Assembly (NCBI GenBank): GCA_963755715.1
Contig: CAVWLW010000024.1
Location: 64,001 to 128,000 of the forward strand
Length of the DNA stretch: 64,000 bases
From: an uncultured delta proteobacterium
GTDB taxonomy: Bacteria; Desulfobacterota; Binatia; UBA9968
Direction of reading: 5' to 3'
A program made the translations under genes and the position numbers. Below the pieces are notes generated by a model. It did not search any database. It was given only the letters and a program-made list of their open reading frames with translations, and had not been told where the DNA came from. Positions 48,508 through 59,711 of this stretch are shown here, piece after piece. Position 1 is the stretch's first letter; every line of letters starts with the position of its first letter.

Positions 48508-49627
48508 CTATTTCTCGACGACCTTGATGATGTTTTCGAGTTCCTTGGCGTATTTCAAAACCGGAAAGCTCATCACATAGTCGACCGATACGTCGAGGGG
48601 CTTGACGCCGGCGGCACGAAGATTCTGCAAAATTTTATAGTAGCGGGTGCCGGGAACCTTCTCGCTGTCTTGACGGTCGACGTTCCACTGAAACTCTTGG
48701 CCGGACTTCGTCATCAGAAATGCGCAGAATAGTTTAGCGGCGGCTTTGCTCCGCCCGTTCTTTGGCACCGCGCAATAGCGATGCGTCACCATCGCGGCGT
48801 CGCTCGGTATCACGTATTTAAGCGGCGCGCCTTTTTCGGTGAACGGCAGGACGCCGCCCTCGCCGCAGGCCAATACATGAATCGGAAATTCGCCGCTCAC
48901 GACGCGCTCGTATTCGCCGCAGCGCATCAAGCCGGAGATCTGACCGGAGAGTTTCCGGACATAATCGGCGGTGGGCTCCGGGCCCCATTGCTTCGGGCCC
49001 GAGAGGATATCGAAGTACGAAATGTACGGCTGGGTGGACACTTTGCCTTTCAACTTGGGATTCAAAAGATCCTTGAGACTCTTGGGCGCGTCGGTGGGCG
49101 AAATCAATTTCGTATTGTAAACGATCCCCGGAAAGCGCCCGCTGATTTCGAGGGCCGCGCCTTTGAGCGAAGCCGCGGCGGGATCGATGTGCGAAAAATA
49201 TGAGGACCAGTCCACTTGATCGAGCACCATGAGCGGTGTGGCCAAGGTCGCGATATAGGTTTCCGAGCCGCCGATGTAAACGTCTGAAGTGGCCGGCACG
49301 CCGGCGGCGAACTCCTGCGCGATTCGAGCGGCCATCTGCGGCTGGCTCGGCCCCGGCGTCCAATTGGCTATGATGCTCGTGCCGAACTGCTTGTTCATGC
49401 CCGACACGAGTTCGCGCACACCGGGCAGGCCTCTGAAGGTGTTTTCTCCCCAGACGAGATTCAGCATGCCTTCGGCCTGCGCCGCTTTGATCAGCGCGGC
49501 GAGCTTGTCGTTGGTTTGCGCTCTTGACGGCTGGCGCAGGCGCTCCAGCCGCATGAGATGGATGCAAAAAGAGCGCGTTGGTCAGCGCCGCGACAAACAA
49601 CACGCTGACGAGATTCACAACGGACAT
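48508..49627 (-). CDS. ABC extracellular solute-binding protein, Fe3+/FbpA-like class, frameshifted after the signal peptide
   Basis: Signal peptide MSVVNLVSVLFVAALT in one frame; AQAEG, VYNTKLI...PKSLKDLLNPKLKGK, VSGEFP and AAKLF in the next. Confidence 0.85.
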
Positions 49628-49714
49628 GCTAAGCTCCTTGAGTTTCGCCGGTGCTCGTGGGGGACGAATTTCGAATTCGCCGTCAGCGTACAACCTGCAA
49701 TACTCGGCCGTACG

Positions 49715-50560
49715 CTATTCCGAACCTTCGACCTGTAATTGCAGCGGATTGCCGTCGTAGTCGGTAAAATATAAACCGTGCGCCGTCGCGCTGCGCACTT
49801 GGGTTTGCTCCAAAGCGTCGATTTTTCCGCCAGCCCGGGCGATCGACTCGCGCAAGGCCGAAAGCGCTTCTTCTGTCGGCGTCATGAACGCATAATGTTG
49901 CCCCTCGAAACGATAGAAGGCGCTGCTGCGCGGGTGCAGCGCATCAACCTTGTGAAGCATGAGCCATTGGCCGCCGACCAATTGCAGGCACGCGGTCGCT
50001 CTTCCCAGCGCGTCGTTCTCCTGGCCGAGCACTTTTAGACCGAACACGTTCATATAGAAATCCACGGATCGATCGAGGTCGGTCACTTCCAGCTCGAGGT
50101 GGCTGATCCCCACATAAGCGGAAGCGCCATTCGACCCGGCGCGATCCTTTTGCAGCAATTCAAGATGATTGCCGAAGGGATCTTGGAGCGTGAGTGAAAT
50201 GTTTTTGGGGCCCAATCCAACGCGCGGCCGCGGCTCGTCGAAGGTCTGGTAGTTCGATTCTTGAAGGCGGCGAACTATGCGCGTCATGCCATCGGCGGTG
50301 ATCTCCAAGCCGACCAACGGGCAGCCGTGGCGTTGTTCATGTTCCGGCAACGATTCGCGGCCGAGAAAAATACCCACCCGGCTGCCGGCGACGTTCAAAA
50401 AAGTTCGCGGCAGCGTGCCGGCTTGGACGTCACGGACGCGCAGACCGCGCCGCTCATAGATCGGGATTTCCAAGACGCGCGTGTAGAAGTCTTCAGCTTT
50501 GACAAGATCGTCGACGGGATAGGCGAAGTGATCGAATCTAAGAGATGGTTCGAGCCTCAT
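49715..50560 (-). CDS. two-domain VOC (glyoxalase / extradiol dioxygenase fold) protein
   Basis: FDHFAYPVDDL...DPFGNHLEL and ISHLELEVTDL...HYAF...DYDGNPLQL; GGAGG RBS. Confidence 0.88.
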   Translation of the reverse strand: MRLEPSLRFDHFAYPVDDLVKAEDFYTRVLEIPIYERRGLRVRDVQAGTLPRTFLNVAGSRVGIFLGRESLPEHEQRHGCPLVGLEITADGMTRIVRRLQESNYQTFDEPRPRVGLGPKNISLTLQDPFGNHLELLQKDRAGSNGASAYVGISHLELEVTDLDRSVDFYMNVFGLKVLGQENDALGRATACLQLVGGQWLMLHKVDALHPRSSAFYRFEGQHYAFMTPTEEALSALRESIARAGGKIDALEQTQVRSATAHGLYFTDYDGNPLQLQVEGSE

Positions 50561-50731
50561 GAGATTCCCTCCTAGCGCATGAGAACGGCTTCACTGCTTC
50601 TGGCCTTAGTACACGCTCTTGCAGCTGTCAACGCGGTTGGAGAAGCTCAAGCGGCGTGTGGGTTGCGACGTGCCGAGAACAGGCGACGGTTGAAAAAAGC
50701 AGTTGCTTCGCGCGCGCCTCGCGCGGAGTTT

Positions 50732-51571
50732 CTATGCCGCGCAGCGCTTGATGAAATCGCCGAACAGCGCGGCCATCTCGCCGGCTTTTTCGTCCCACTC
50801 TTCCCGCGGGCTGAGCGGCTCGTCGTAGTGCTTCGGAAACAAAATATGCACCTCGCTCTTTTGCAGCAGGTGCCCGAGGTTCTCGCCGGTTTGGCGGCCG
50901 TGGGTGTTGTCATTGCCGGGCACGATGCACGCCGGCACTTGAATGGATTTAAGCTCTTGCTCGGTGGCGCCGATCACCGGAAGATCCGCGCCTTTGAGGA
51001 AATACTCGCGCCAATGCGACATGACCTCGATGAAGCGCTCCGGCTTGAGCTTCATCAGAGCATCGCGATTTTCCGGGCGCGCGGCGATGCGCTCTTGCCA
51101 ATGCTCCATCGCACACACCGCAGCCATGCCGCCCGCCTTCGCCGCCGTAATATATTGGCCGTAATATTCCTCCGCCAAGCGCTCGCAGGCGAAGCGCCCT
51201 CCGGTCACGCGCCACAAGAGCAAACCGCGCACGGCCTCGGGATGGCGCAGGGCGAATAAGAGCGAAGTCCGGCATCCCGATGAGCTGCCGCCGACAAAAG
51301 CGGGCAGGGCGCCGAGCTGTGAGAGCAGCTCATGAATATCGTCTGCCCAGATTTCGTATTCGGATTCCTTGCCGTCGATGACGACATCGGAGGCGCCGCA
51401 GTTGCGCCGATCGAAGATAACAACCCGGTAGCCAAGAGCGGCCAGCTCTTTTGCTTGTGTCTCGATGCCGCTGATGTCGCGTCTGCCGCCGGGCGACAGC
51501 GCCACCCAAGGACCGCGATCGCCGAGTATTTTGTAGTTGATGTTGACACCGCGTACTTTTGCGAGGGGCAT
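50732..51571 (-). CDS. alpha/beta hydrolase
   Basis: FDRRNCGAS, nucleophile elbow GGSSSG, ALRHPEAVRGLLL, PGND. Confidence 0.88.
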   Translation of the reverse strand: MPLAKVRGVNINYKILGDRGPWVALSPGGRRDISGIETQAKELAALGYRVVIFDRRNCGASDVVIDGKESEYEIWADDIHELLSQLGALPAFVGGSSSGCRTSLLFALRHPEAVRGLLLWRVTGGRFACERLAEEYYGQYITAAKAGGMAAVCAMEHWQERIAARPENRDALMKLKPERFIEVMSHWREYFLKGADLPVIGATEQELKSIQVPACIVPGNDNTHGRQTGENLGHLLQKSEVHILFPKHYDEPLSPREEWDEKAGEMAALFGDFIKRCAA

Positions 51572-51822
51572 GGGTTCCTCCACTGCAGGCTGCGCCGGAT
51601 CTAGTTTTGAAACTGCTCTACCACACTATGGTCGCGCACCACAATCTTAGTTGTGGCAATTTGTCGCGCGATGGCTTGTTCAGATTGTAGCGATTTACCA
51701 TCGTGACGCAGGAGGCGTTCGCGCGTTCGAGCTGTATTGAAATCCCAGACAAATATTATTGGTTGTGGGTTTTTCTTGTAAGTAAAAAAATTACTGACGA
51801 CAAAAAAATCAGTTTTTTCGTG

Positions 51823-51838
51823 TGGCATATTGCTTGCT
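51823..51838 (+). promoter_or_regulatory. sigma54 (-24/-12) promoter
   Basis: TGGCAT-ATTGC-TTGCT after an AT-rich tract, pointing at the GT4 gene about 320 nt downstream. Confidence 0.7.
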
Positions 51839-52159
51839 GATAAAGCGAGTTGACACGGATGCTGTTGAGATTACGCTCAAGACCGCGAGAAAATGATGCT
51901 CCATGTTTTGTCCTGCGGTCATGTGGCGAGCGGATGTGCGAGTTTTCGAGGGAGCGTCACGGACGAGAGCGACAGGTGCCGCCATTCAACCCGAAGCGAA
52001 TCTGCCCCGCGGTTCCGGATTGATTTTGTTCCGGTCGGCCAGCCCTATTTGAGTTTTCGCTAGCGTATCCGTTTCTCTATCACTGCGTGGAAGGGACCCA
52101 AAACGCAGGAATGCGCAGCTTTGCGTGTTTTCGGGAAAAAATTAGAAACGGAGAGTTCC

Positions 52160-53311
52160 ATGAGAATTGCCCAGGTTGCGCCACTTTACGAACGCGTACC
52201 GCCGCTTTATTACGGCGGCACGGAGCGGGTCGTATCCTATTTAACCGAAGAATTGGTCGATCAAGGCCACGAGGTCACGCTCTTCGCCAGCGGCGATTCG
52301 TTGACCAAAGCGAAATTGGTTTCGCCCTGTGCCCAATCGCTTCGCCTCAATTCAAATTGCGCCGATTACCTCGCTTATCATGTGTTGCAGCTGGAGCAAA
52401 TTTTTCAACAGGCGCATTTGTTCGATATCGTCCATTTTCACATCGATTATTTTCACTACCCGTTTTTGCGCCGCCAGGACATAGCCCACGTAACCACCTT
52501 GCATGGCCGGCTGGACATGCCCGACCTAGTGCCGCTTTATAGCGAATTCGACGATATGCCGGTGGTATCGATCTCCGATGCGCAGAGAACGCCGTTGGCA
52601 TGGATCGACTGGCATGGGACCGTGTATCACGGCTTGCCGTTCAATCTTTACAGATTCAGCAAACAGCAAGGCAAGTACTTGGCATTTTTGGGGAGAATCT
52701 CTCCGGAAAAACGGGTAGACCGGGCCATCGAGATCGCCAAACGCGCCAATATGCCGCTGAAGATCGCGGCTAAAATCGATGCCGTGGACCGCTGTTACAT
52801 GGAGAAAGAAATACGCCCGCTTTTGGATCATCCACTGGTGGAATTTATCGGCGAGATCGACGATGCCGGCAAAGGCGAGTTTTTGAGAAATGCCTACGCA
52901 TTGCTTTTTCCGATCGATTGGCCGGAACCGTTTGGATTGGTCATGACCGAAGCCATGGCTTGCGGCACGCCGACCGTGGCTTTTCGACACGGTTCGGTGC
53001 CCGAAGTCCTCGACGATCAGATCAGCGGCTATGTTGTCGACGATGTCGAGCAAGCGGTCGAGGCGTTGAAGGCAATCCGCCATTTCGATCGCGCGCGTTG
53101 CCGACGCGTGTTCGAGGAGCGTTTTTCGGTGCGCCGCATGGCGCAGGACTACGTAAAAATTTATCAGCGCGTGATCGACGGCAGAGTCCGAGCGCATTCG
53201 ACGCCGGCATGGCAAAATGGCGCGATCATGCCGCGCCGCGATGAGATAGCGGCGAAGGGCAACGGAGCGCCGCTCGCAGCAGCCGGTTCCGCCGCCAATC
53301 TTTCGCATTAG
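52160..53311 (+). CDS. glycosyltransferase family 4 (GT-B)
   Basis: MRIAQVAP...PPLYYGGTERVV, FLGRISPEK, WPEPFGLVMTEAMACGTP. Confidence 0.93.
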   Translation: MRIAQVAPLYERVPPLYYGGTERVVSYLTEELVDQGHEVTLFASGDSLTKAKLVSPCAQSLRLNSNCADYLAYHVLQLEQIFQQAHLFDIVHFHIDYFHYPFLRRQDIAHVTTLHGRLDMPDLVPLYSEFDDMPVVSISDAQRTPLAWIDWHGTVYHGLPFNLYRFSKQQGKYLAFLGRISPEKRVDRAIEIAKRANMPLKIAAKIDAVDRCYMEKEIRPLLDHPLVEFIGEIDDAGKGEFLRNAYALLFPIDWPEPFGLVMTEAMACGTPTVAFRHGSVPEVLDDQISGYVVDDVEQAVEALKAIRHFDRARCRRVFEERFSVRRMAQDYVKIYQRVIDGRVRAHSTPAWQNGAIMPRRDEIAAKGNGAPLAAAGSAANLSH

Positions 53312-55458
53312 CTTTCGGTGATCACTTCGACGTCGCCGCTGCGCCCGAGGATTTCTATAGTTGCCGACTGCGCCCGGCGATGAATCAATAGATCGACCGT
53401 GCCGGCGCCGACTTTTAAGTTATTGATTTCGATCTCGTCGAGGAAATCCGGTAAAATTGGGCGAACGAATGACAGTCGCGACGCTGCGCCGTCGATCTTC
53501 AGCCCAAGGGCCGCGCTCAGCAGCGAGAAGACGGCGGCGGCTGACCATGCTTGCGGCGCGCATGCGACCGGGTATGGCACGGGTCCACCGCCGTTTTGTT
53601 TTTCGAAACCGCAAAAAAGCTCCGGCAAGCGATATTCGACGAACAGACTGGCTTGAAACAACCCTGAGAAGATCCTGTTGGCGTCATCTTTAAGGCCGTA
53701 TCGGGCCAGACCCGCGGCAATTAAAGCATTGTCGTGGGGCCAGACCGATCCATTATGATAAGCCATCGGATTGAAACGAGCTTCCGACGACGCCAGAGTG
53801 CGCACGCCCCAGCCCGAAAATGAATCCGGGGTCATCAGTGTGTGCGCCACGGTGCGGGCGTATCTTTTGTCGACGATGCCGGTATACAAGCAGTGACCGG
53901 CGTTCGATGCTTTAATCCGGCATTGCCGTTTCTGACCGTCGAGAGCTAAGACATAGGTCGAAAGCTCTTCACTCCAGAATCGCTTGTGAAAATTGTTCTT
54001 GAGCTTTTCCGCTTGGATCAAAAGAGCTTGGGATTTCTCCACTTGTCCCAACGCCAAAGCGATTCGCCGCGCCGGCGCATTTGGCGGCATAGGCGTAGCC
54101 TTGAACTTCGCAAAGAGCGATAGGCGCGGCGGCGAGAGTGCCGTCTTCGTGCGAGACCGAGTCCCAGGAATCTTTCCAGCCTTGTTGAATCAGCCCTTTC
54201 GCCGAGAGGCGGGCGTACTCGATAAAACCGTCACCGTCTTTGTCGCCATATCGATCCATCCAGTCGAGGGCCAAGTCGATGTTGGGCCAAATCGATCGGA
54301 TAAAATCCAGATCATGGTGTTTGCGAAATAGGCGCCCGCGAGCATGACAAACAGCGGCGTCGCATCAATCGTCCCATAGTAGAGCGTGAAGGGTATTTCT
54401 CCGAGGGCGGCCATCTCACCCCGACGCGTTTCATGCATGATTTTGCCCGGCTCGGCGTCGAGCTCGGCATCGGTTTGCCGAGATTGCAGCGCGGCGAGAA
54501 AATTCAACACGCCGCGCGCGATCGCCGGGTTGATCCACAGATATTCGAGAGCCGTAATGATCCCGTCCCGGCCGAACGCAGTGCTAAACCAGGGCACCCC
54601 GGCGTAAGGATAAACGCCGAACGGGGTGGCCGTAAACATCATGTGCAGATCCGACGACGAACGCGCCAACCATTCGTTGAATTGTTCGTTGGATGTGGAG
54701 ATGCGGCACTCGGGCGTTTCCTGCTCGGTAAGCGCTGTCTGCGCCGCCGCGCGCGCGCGGCTATAATCCACCTGTACGACGGCAGCGTCGCTGATCTGAC
54801 ACGAGTAGGTCAGATGAAATTCTCTTTCTTCCTTCGGCTCGAGGCGGTAACGAAACATGAGTCCGTAACCGGACAAACTATCGGGTGGGGGCGAGCACTC
54901 GATTTGGGTGCGGCGCACGACGTTGTCCAATCCCGTGTAATCGAACCGAACCCGTGATCGTTCCAATGTCGCTTCCTGCAGCACGCCCCTGCGCTCGCGT
55001 GTCATGCCACGCACTTCGAACAGGTCGGCGAAATCGGCGCTGTATTCGACGGAGAACTGAACGTCGATCGATGACAACCCATAGTTGCCGAAGCTCAGCG
55101 TTTCGTAACAGACGCCTTGCCAGAGCATCTTAGTGCGCGTGATATGCAGCGTGCCGCGCGGCAGAATAATCCGCCCGGCCTGGTAAATATCGGGATTGGT
55201 TAGATTGGCGACGAAAACCAAATTATCTTTTTGGACGGTCGAATTCAGCAGAAACGGCCGCGTGTGGCCGAGTTTGAACAGCAGGTGGGAAAGAAATCTC
55301 GTCCCTTCATGATACAGACCCTCCTGACATGGACCATTCGGCTGGATATCGCCGTGGAGGTCGAACACCGCGAACGTCTCGCCGTCTTTTAAGACTCGTT
55401 TCGGCTCCTCGGCTGAAGAGTCGGTTGCCAGAATATAAAACTCATCTTCCATATACAT
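53308..55458 (-). CDS. amylo-alpha-1,6-glucosidase / glycogen debranching enzyme-like, two frameshifts
   Basis: AGVPWFSTAFGRD, EPGKIMHETR, YYGTIDATPLF, QGWKDS, YHNGSVWPHDN, LPELFCG, ACAPQAWS. Confidence 0.92.
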
Positions 55459-55705
55459 AAAACGTTCGCCGCGCGACAAAATAGCCGGCGCAGGCTGTCT
55501 CGCGAATTGGAGTTATCTCCTAATAGTCTAAAGGTTCTTTGACAATCATCAATATACTAGACAGCGGACGCTTGATCTGTTTCCGCGTTTCCGGCTACTG
55601 GAAAAGATCGACGTTCAATATTTGCTTTGAATGAAGATAGCTTGCCGATACGGTTGGCGCCGCGTTAGGCTGGCGTGCACGCCAGATGGCTAAACAGATT
55701 AGACC

Positions 55706-56466
55706 TTAGGACGAAAGCCGTTCGAGCGACTGGCGCACGGTCGGCTGCTTTCCCGCTTCGATATCTTCACGCCGGCGCGTGTGAAAGAGCGTGAGGGTTT
55801 TATTAGCGCGCGCGAGGGTGTCGATCGCCGCACAATATTCCTCGAGCTTATTTCCGGGAAACGCCCACATGGCGATGTCGTCGGACAACGCATCGAGATA
55901 GGCGCGCGCGCCGCAGCAGCCAAGACTCATGCGCTGCGTTGCCATGATTGAACACCTGCGGAATCACCGCGCAGGCGGGCCGTCCCATCGCCGGCGGCAC
56001 GCCCTTATCGACCCGCGCCACCGCCTCGCTGATGATCAGTCCTTGCTGAGCGTGAGCGAACAGCAGAACCACTTCCGGATCGAGCGGAAACTGAGCGAGC
56101 GGTCCGTAGACTACGTACTTGACTTCATCGCGTTATCACCGGGAGAGCCGGCGACTTCCTCGGCGCGCACGTAATCGAGGCCGCTCATCGCCTGCAGCGC
56201 CTCGCCGAACTCGCTCTGATGAGATGGTGCAGGATCTGCCATATGATGCGTATGCACGCCGATCGAACAAAGCGCATGATCCTTTGCCGACGTAACGAAA
56301 GTGCGGGTCGCGGCTTGCTGCCAGAAGAACATCCCGCGGGCACAACGCCATCGAAGTGCGGCATATTGTGCCGGCGCAGCATCCGGAGAATGAAACCGCA
56401 ACAGGCGGTAGGGACAATTGCAAAGAAGAAGACAGAGTTAGCGGCCAGCTTTGCATTGTTGCTCAT
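55706..56466 (-). CDS. DUF169-like Cys-containing protein, heavily frameshifted
   Basis: Joined frames read LQLSLPPVAVSF...FFWQQAA...DHALCSIG...YVVYGPLAQFPLDPEVVLLF...GRPACAVIP...SLGCCGARAY. Confidence 0.65.
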
Positions 56467-56741
56467 CGATTCACCTTTCTCATTCATGCCAGTTTGTGTT
56501 TCTCACTATTAACTGCCTCGGGTTGATCGAGCAACTATGCGAAGTTTATAATCGGCTGTGTCGCGTGGCAAGGTGCTTCGGGTTGCGTTTTGAGGTTATT
56601 GAGATACTTTACCTAGCGCGATGCGAGGCGGTAGTATACATGAAAATAACCTCGATGATGCACGAGGTTGAGCTGAAGAGTGGGAGGGCGCTATGGATTG
56701 TTGCGAAAAGATAACGCCTGATTTTACTGGCGAACCCGAAA

Positions 56742-57758
56742 TTGCGAGCGACAAAAAATCATAGGTAGACGAACTGCTTTAAAACGGCTGGCCGGTCTGG
56801 CGAGCGGCATCCTGTTCGTCTCCAAGAAAAATGCCTACGGCCAGGGCCGCCAAGTGCTGCTCGCGTTCTGCGGCCAACTGCTTTGCGTCATTCCTTACGA
56901 AGTCACTCGCGCGCGCGGCCATTTCGCCGACGAAGGTCTCGACGTCCGCCTGGTTTACACGCGCGGCGGCAACGTCGCCATGCAGGCTCTGGTCGGCGGT
57001 TCTGTGGACTACGCGGGGACGTCCTTCGACGTGGCGCTTCAAGCCTTCGCCCACGGCGCGAAGATCGCCCGCTTTGCGTCCACCGGAAGATTGCCGTTGT
57101 TCGCTCTCGCCAGCGCGCCGAAGATGGCGAAAGAGATTCGCACTCTGAAGGATCTGGAAAACCGCACCGTCGGTGTCTCCGCGCTGGGCAATGCCGACCA
57201 TATACTGGTGCTCCTATCTAATGACGCGCGCGGGAGCGGATCCCAAGCGAGTGCGCTTCGCTACCATCGGCACCAATTTGTTGGACGCGCTGCGCCTTGG
57301 TCAGGTCGACGCCGGCATGGTGCAAGAGCCGGCGCTGACGCTGATTACCGACGCGGGCGGCGGCGTGATCGCCAACGCGATGGACATCGAACAGGCAAAC
57401 CGCTACCTCGGCGGGGCCTACGAATTTATGGGCGTGGCGGTGCGCGTCGAAGAGCGCGAGCGGCGCCGGGACGAGATGGCTCGGCTCGCGCGCGCGCTCG
57501 CCAAGAGGCTTGCGCGATACGCGCACGATTCCCGTCAAAGATGCGGTTGCGGCTTTGCCCAAGGAATTGATCACCGGCGGCAACCGCGAACGCCTGGCGA
57601 CGATCCTGGAACGTTACCGTCGCTCGCTCTACCCCGACAATGTGAAAATTGATCTGGCCGCGACGAGCCGTGTCGCAGACGCGCACAAAGCGGCGGGTCT
57701 ATTGGCGCCATCGATCGACTACAAGCCCTTACTCGATCTTTCAATCGTTGGAAGTTAA
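56742..57758 (+). CDS. NitT/TauT-family ABC substrate-binding protein, frameshifted; start approximate
   Basis: Tat-like GRRTALK leader at about 56764; GHFADEGLDV, ALVGGSVD, GQVDAGMVQEP; directly upstream of the ATPase and permease. Confidence 0.82.
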
Positions 57759-58517
57759 GTGCTGCGCGTCCGCGATCTCGCAGTGGGTTATGGCGCAGAA
57801 CCCGTCATCGAAGGAGTCAACCTCGAAGTCGCCCCTGGCAAGTTCGTGAGTCTCGTCGGGCCCTCGGGCTCCGGCAAAACTAGCATCCTGCGCGCGGTCA
57901 GCGGATTACTTACGCCCAGATCGGGCGGCATCGAATTGAACGGCAGCAGCGATTCACTCGGATTCCTGTTTCAGGACGATGCGCTTTTACCGTGGCGCAC
58001 CGCGCGCGAAAATGTCGCGCTCGGGCTGCGCATTCGTAAGCTGCCAACAAAGGCGGCGGAGTCCGAGGCCGACGCTTGGTTGGCGCGCCTCGGGCTTGAA
58101 GGTTTTGGCGCGCGTTTTCCGCATGAACTTTCCGGTGGGCAAAGAAAGCGCGTTGCGATCGCGCAGATTCTTGCCTTGAAACCGAAACTCTTGCTCATGG
58201 ATGAACCCTTCGCGTCGCTCGATGCGATCGTGCGCACGCGCATCACCCAGGAACTGTTGAATTGGGTGGAACGAGAGCACCTGAGCGTGCTCCTGGTCAC
58301 GCACGACTTGGAAGAAGCATTGACCGTTTCCGATACCGTTTATTTGCTGTCGCAGGGGCCGAAGGCGCGCGTGGTGAATTCTTACAATGTGTCGATTCCC
58401 CGTCCGCGGGATATTTTTGCCAGTCGCAAACACCCAAATTTTGCGCCGCTGCTCGAACGGCTATGGAACGATATGTCGAGCGCGATGAATGGCGCCGAGT
58501 TTGAGGCACAGCGATGA
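57759..58517 (+). CDS. NitT/TauT-family ABC ATPase
   Basis: GPSGSGKT, FQDDALLPW, LSGGQ, MDEPFASLD, VTHDLEEA. Confidence 0.93.
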   Translation: MLRVRDLAVGYGAEPVIEGVNLEVAPGKFVSLVGPSGSGKTSILRAVSGLLTPRSGGIELNGSSDSLGFLFQDDALLPWRTARENVALGLRIRKLPTKAAESEADAWLARLGLEGFGARFPHELSGGQRKRVAIAQILALKPKLLLMDEPFASLDAIVRTRITQELLNWVEREHLSVLLVTHDLEEALTVSDTVYLLSQGPKARVVNSYNVSIPRPRDIFASRKHPNFAPLLERLWNDMSSAMNGAEFEAQR

Positions 58518-59296
58518 ACCGCTATTTGGAAAATGTTGCCGTGCGCCGCGTGGTCGCGATGGTTTTGCTGGCGTCCGCGTGGGAGGTGTTGTCGCGTATC
58601 GGCGTCATCAATCCGTTTTATGCGCCCGCGCCGAGCGAGATTTTGCGGGTTGTCTTTTCACTGTTCATCGAGGGGACGATCTACAACCATTTGGAAGCCA
58701 CTTTCGTTGCTGCACTCGCCGGGCTCGTGATTGGGCTCGCGCTCGGGATTTTCCTCGGCTTTGCCGCCGCGCTGGTCCCGTTGGTCGCCGACGTGCTCGA
58801 GCCGATCATGATGCTGCTGAACGCGATTCCTCGGGTGATCCTGGCGCCGCTCTTCGTCATCTGGCTCGGCATCGAAATATCTTCGAAGATCGCGCTTGCG
58901 GTCGTGCTGGTGGCAGTGCTGATTTTTTTTGCCGTGTACAACGGCATCAAGGACGTGAACCAGCTTTTTGTCGATCGCGTGCGCACCCTCGGCGGCGGTC
59001 GCCTGGTTCTGTTACGTGAAGTCTATGTTCCGTCCGTGACGGCGTGGGTGCTCGGCAGCCTCAAGGTTGCGGTGGGTTTCGCTTTTACGGGCGCTTGCGT
59101 CGGCGAGTTTGTTGCCGCGACCAGGGGACTGGGCTATCTGCTTCAGTTCGCGCAGAGCACCTACAATGCGGCGCTGACCATGGGGCTCATCTTTTTGATC
59201 ATGGCGTTTGTTCTGATTCTTTTTTTCTGCGCGGAAGCGATAGAGCGACGGCTGCTGCGCTGGCGTTACCGGGGCAACAGGGAAAAACCCGCCTGA
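58514..59296 (+). CDS. NitT/TauT-family ABC permease
   Basis: PAPSEI, IPRVILAPLFVIWLG, GEFVAATRGLG; ATGA overlap with the ATPase gene. Confidence 0.92.
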   Translation: MNRYLENVAVRRVVAMVLLASAWEVLSRIGVINPFYAPAPSEILRVVFSLFIEGTIYNHLEATFVAALAGLVIGLALGIFLGFAAALVPLVADVLEPIMMLLNAIPRVILAPLFVIWLGIEISSKIALAVVLVAVLIFFAVYNGIKDVNQLFVDRVRTLGGGRLVLLREVYVPSVTAWVLGSLKVAVGFAFTGACVGEFVAATRGLGYLLQFAQSTYNAALTMGLIFLIMAFVLILFFCAEAIERRLLRWRYRGNREKPA

Positions 59297-59497
59297 CTAG
59301 TGTGCTGTCCTGGAAGTTCACTGCATTAGTCCACGTCATTCCCTCGAAAAATCTCCCCTTCCCCTCTTTGTTAAAGAGGGGTGAGAACCGCATGGAGACA
59401 ATTCCCCCTTTGAAAAAGGGGGATACAGGGGGATTTGCGTTCGACTTCATCTGCCGCGAACGATAAAATTTTTTGAACGAACTTCAGAGACGCCACA
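59297..59497. repeat. MITE/REP-like nested palindromic element
   Basis: Starts with CTAG; imperfect terminal inverted repeats (59301-59319 vs 59479-59497, 14/19 match) enclosing two perfect 9-bp hairpins at 59361-59381 and 59403-59423. Confidence 0.55.
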
Positions 59498-59711
59498 GAA
59501 AAGGCGTTTCCCTTGTTTCCTACCGCTATCGCTTGCAGCGACCTGTTGCTTCACCGGGCCTAAAGAAATCCGGGCTTATTCCCCTAGACTGTCGGCGGCA
59601 AATTCCAGGTCATTGTCGAGAGCAGAGCGTATCTCGTTGGCACCGGACGAAAAAAAACCAAATCGCCTGCGCATTATGCTGCGACTGGTCGACTTCTCCG
59701 TTACGCCCTGC

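Noticed and set aside
50579-51259. 226-aa plus-strand ORF with a signal-peptide-like start
   Set aside because: Mostly antisense to the alpha/beta hydrolase, with no recognisable domain.
51893-52063. Short ORF (MMLHVLSCG...) in the GT4 leader
   Set aside because: No Shine-Dalgarno and no recognisable composition or motif; cannot be supported.
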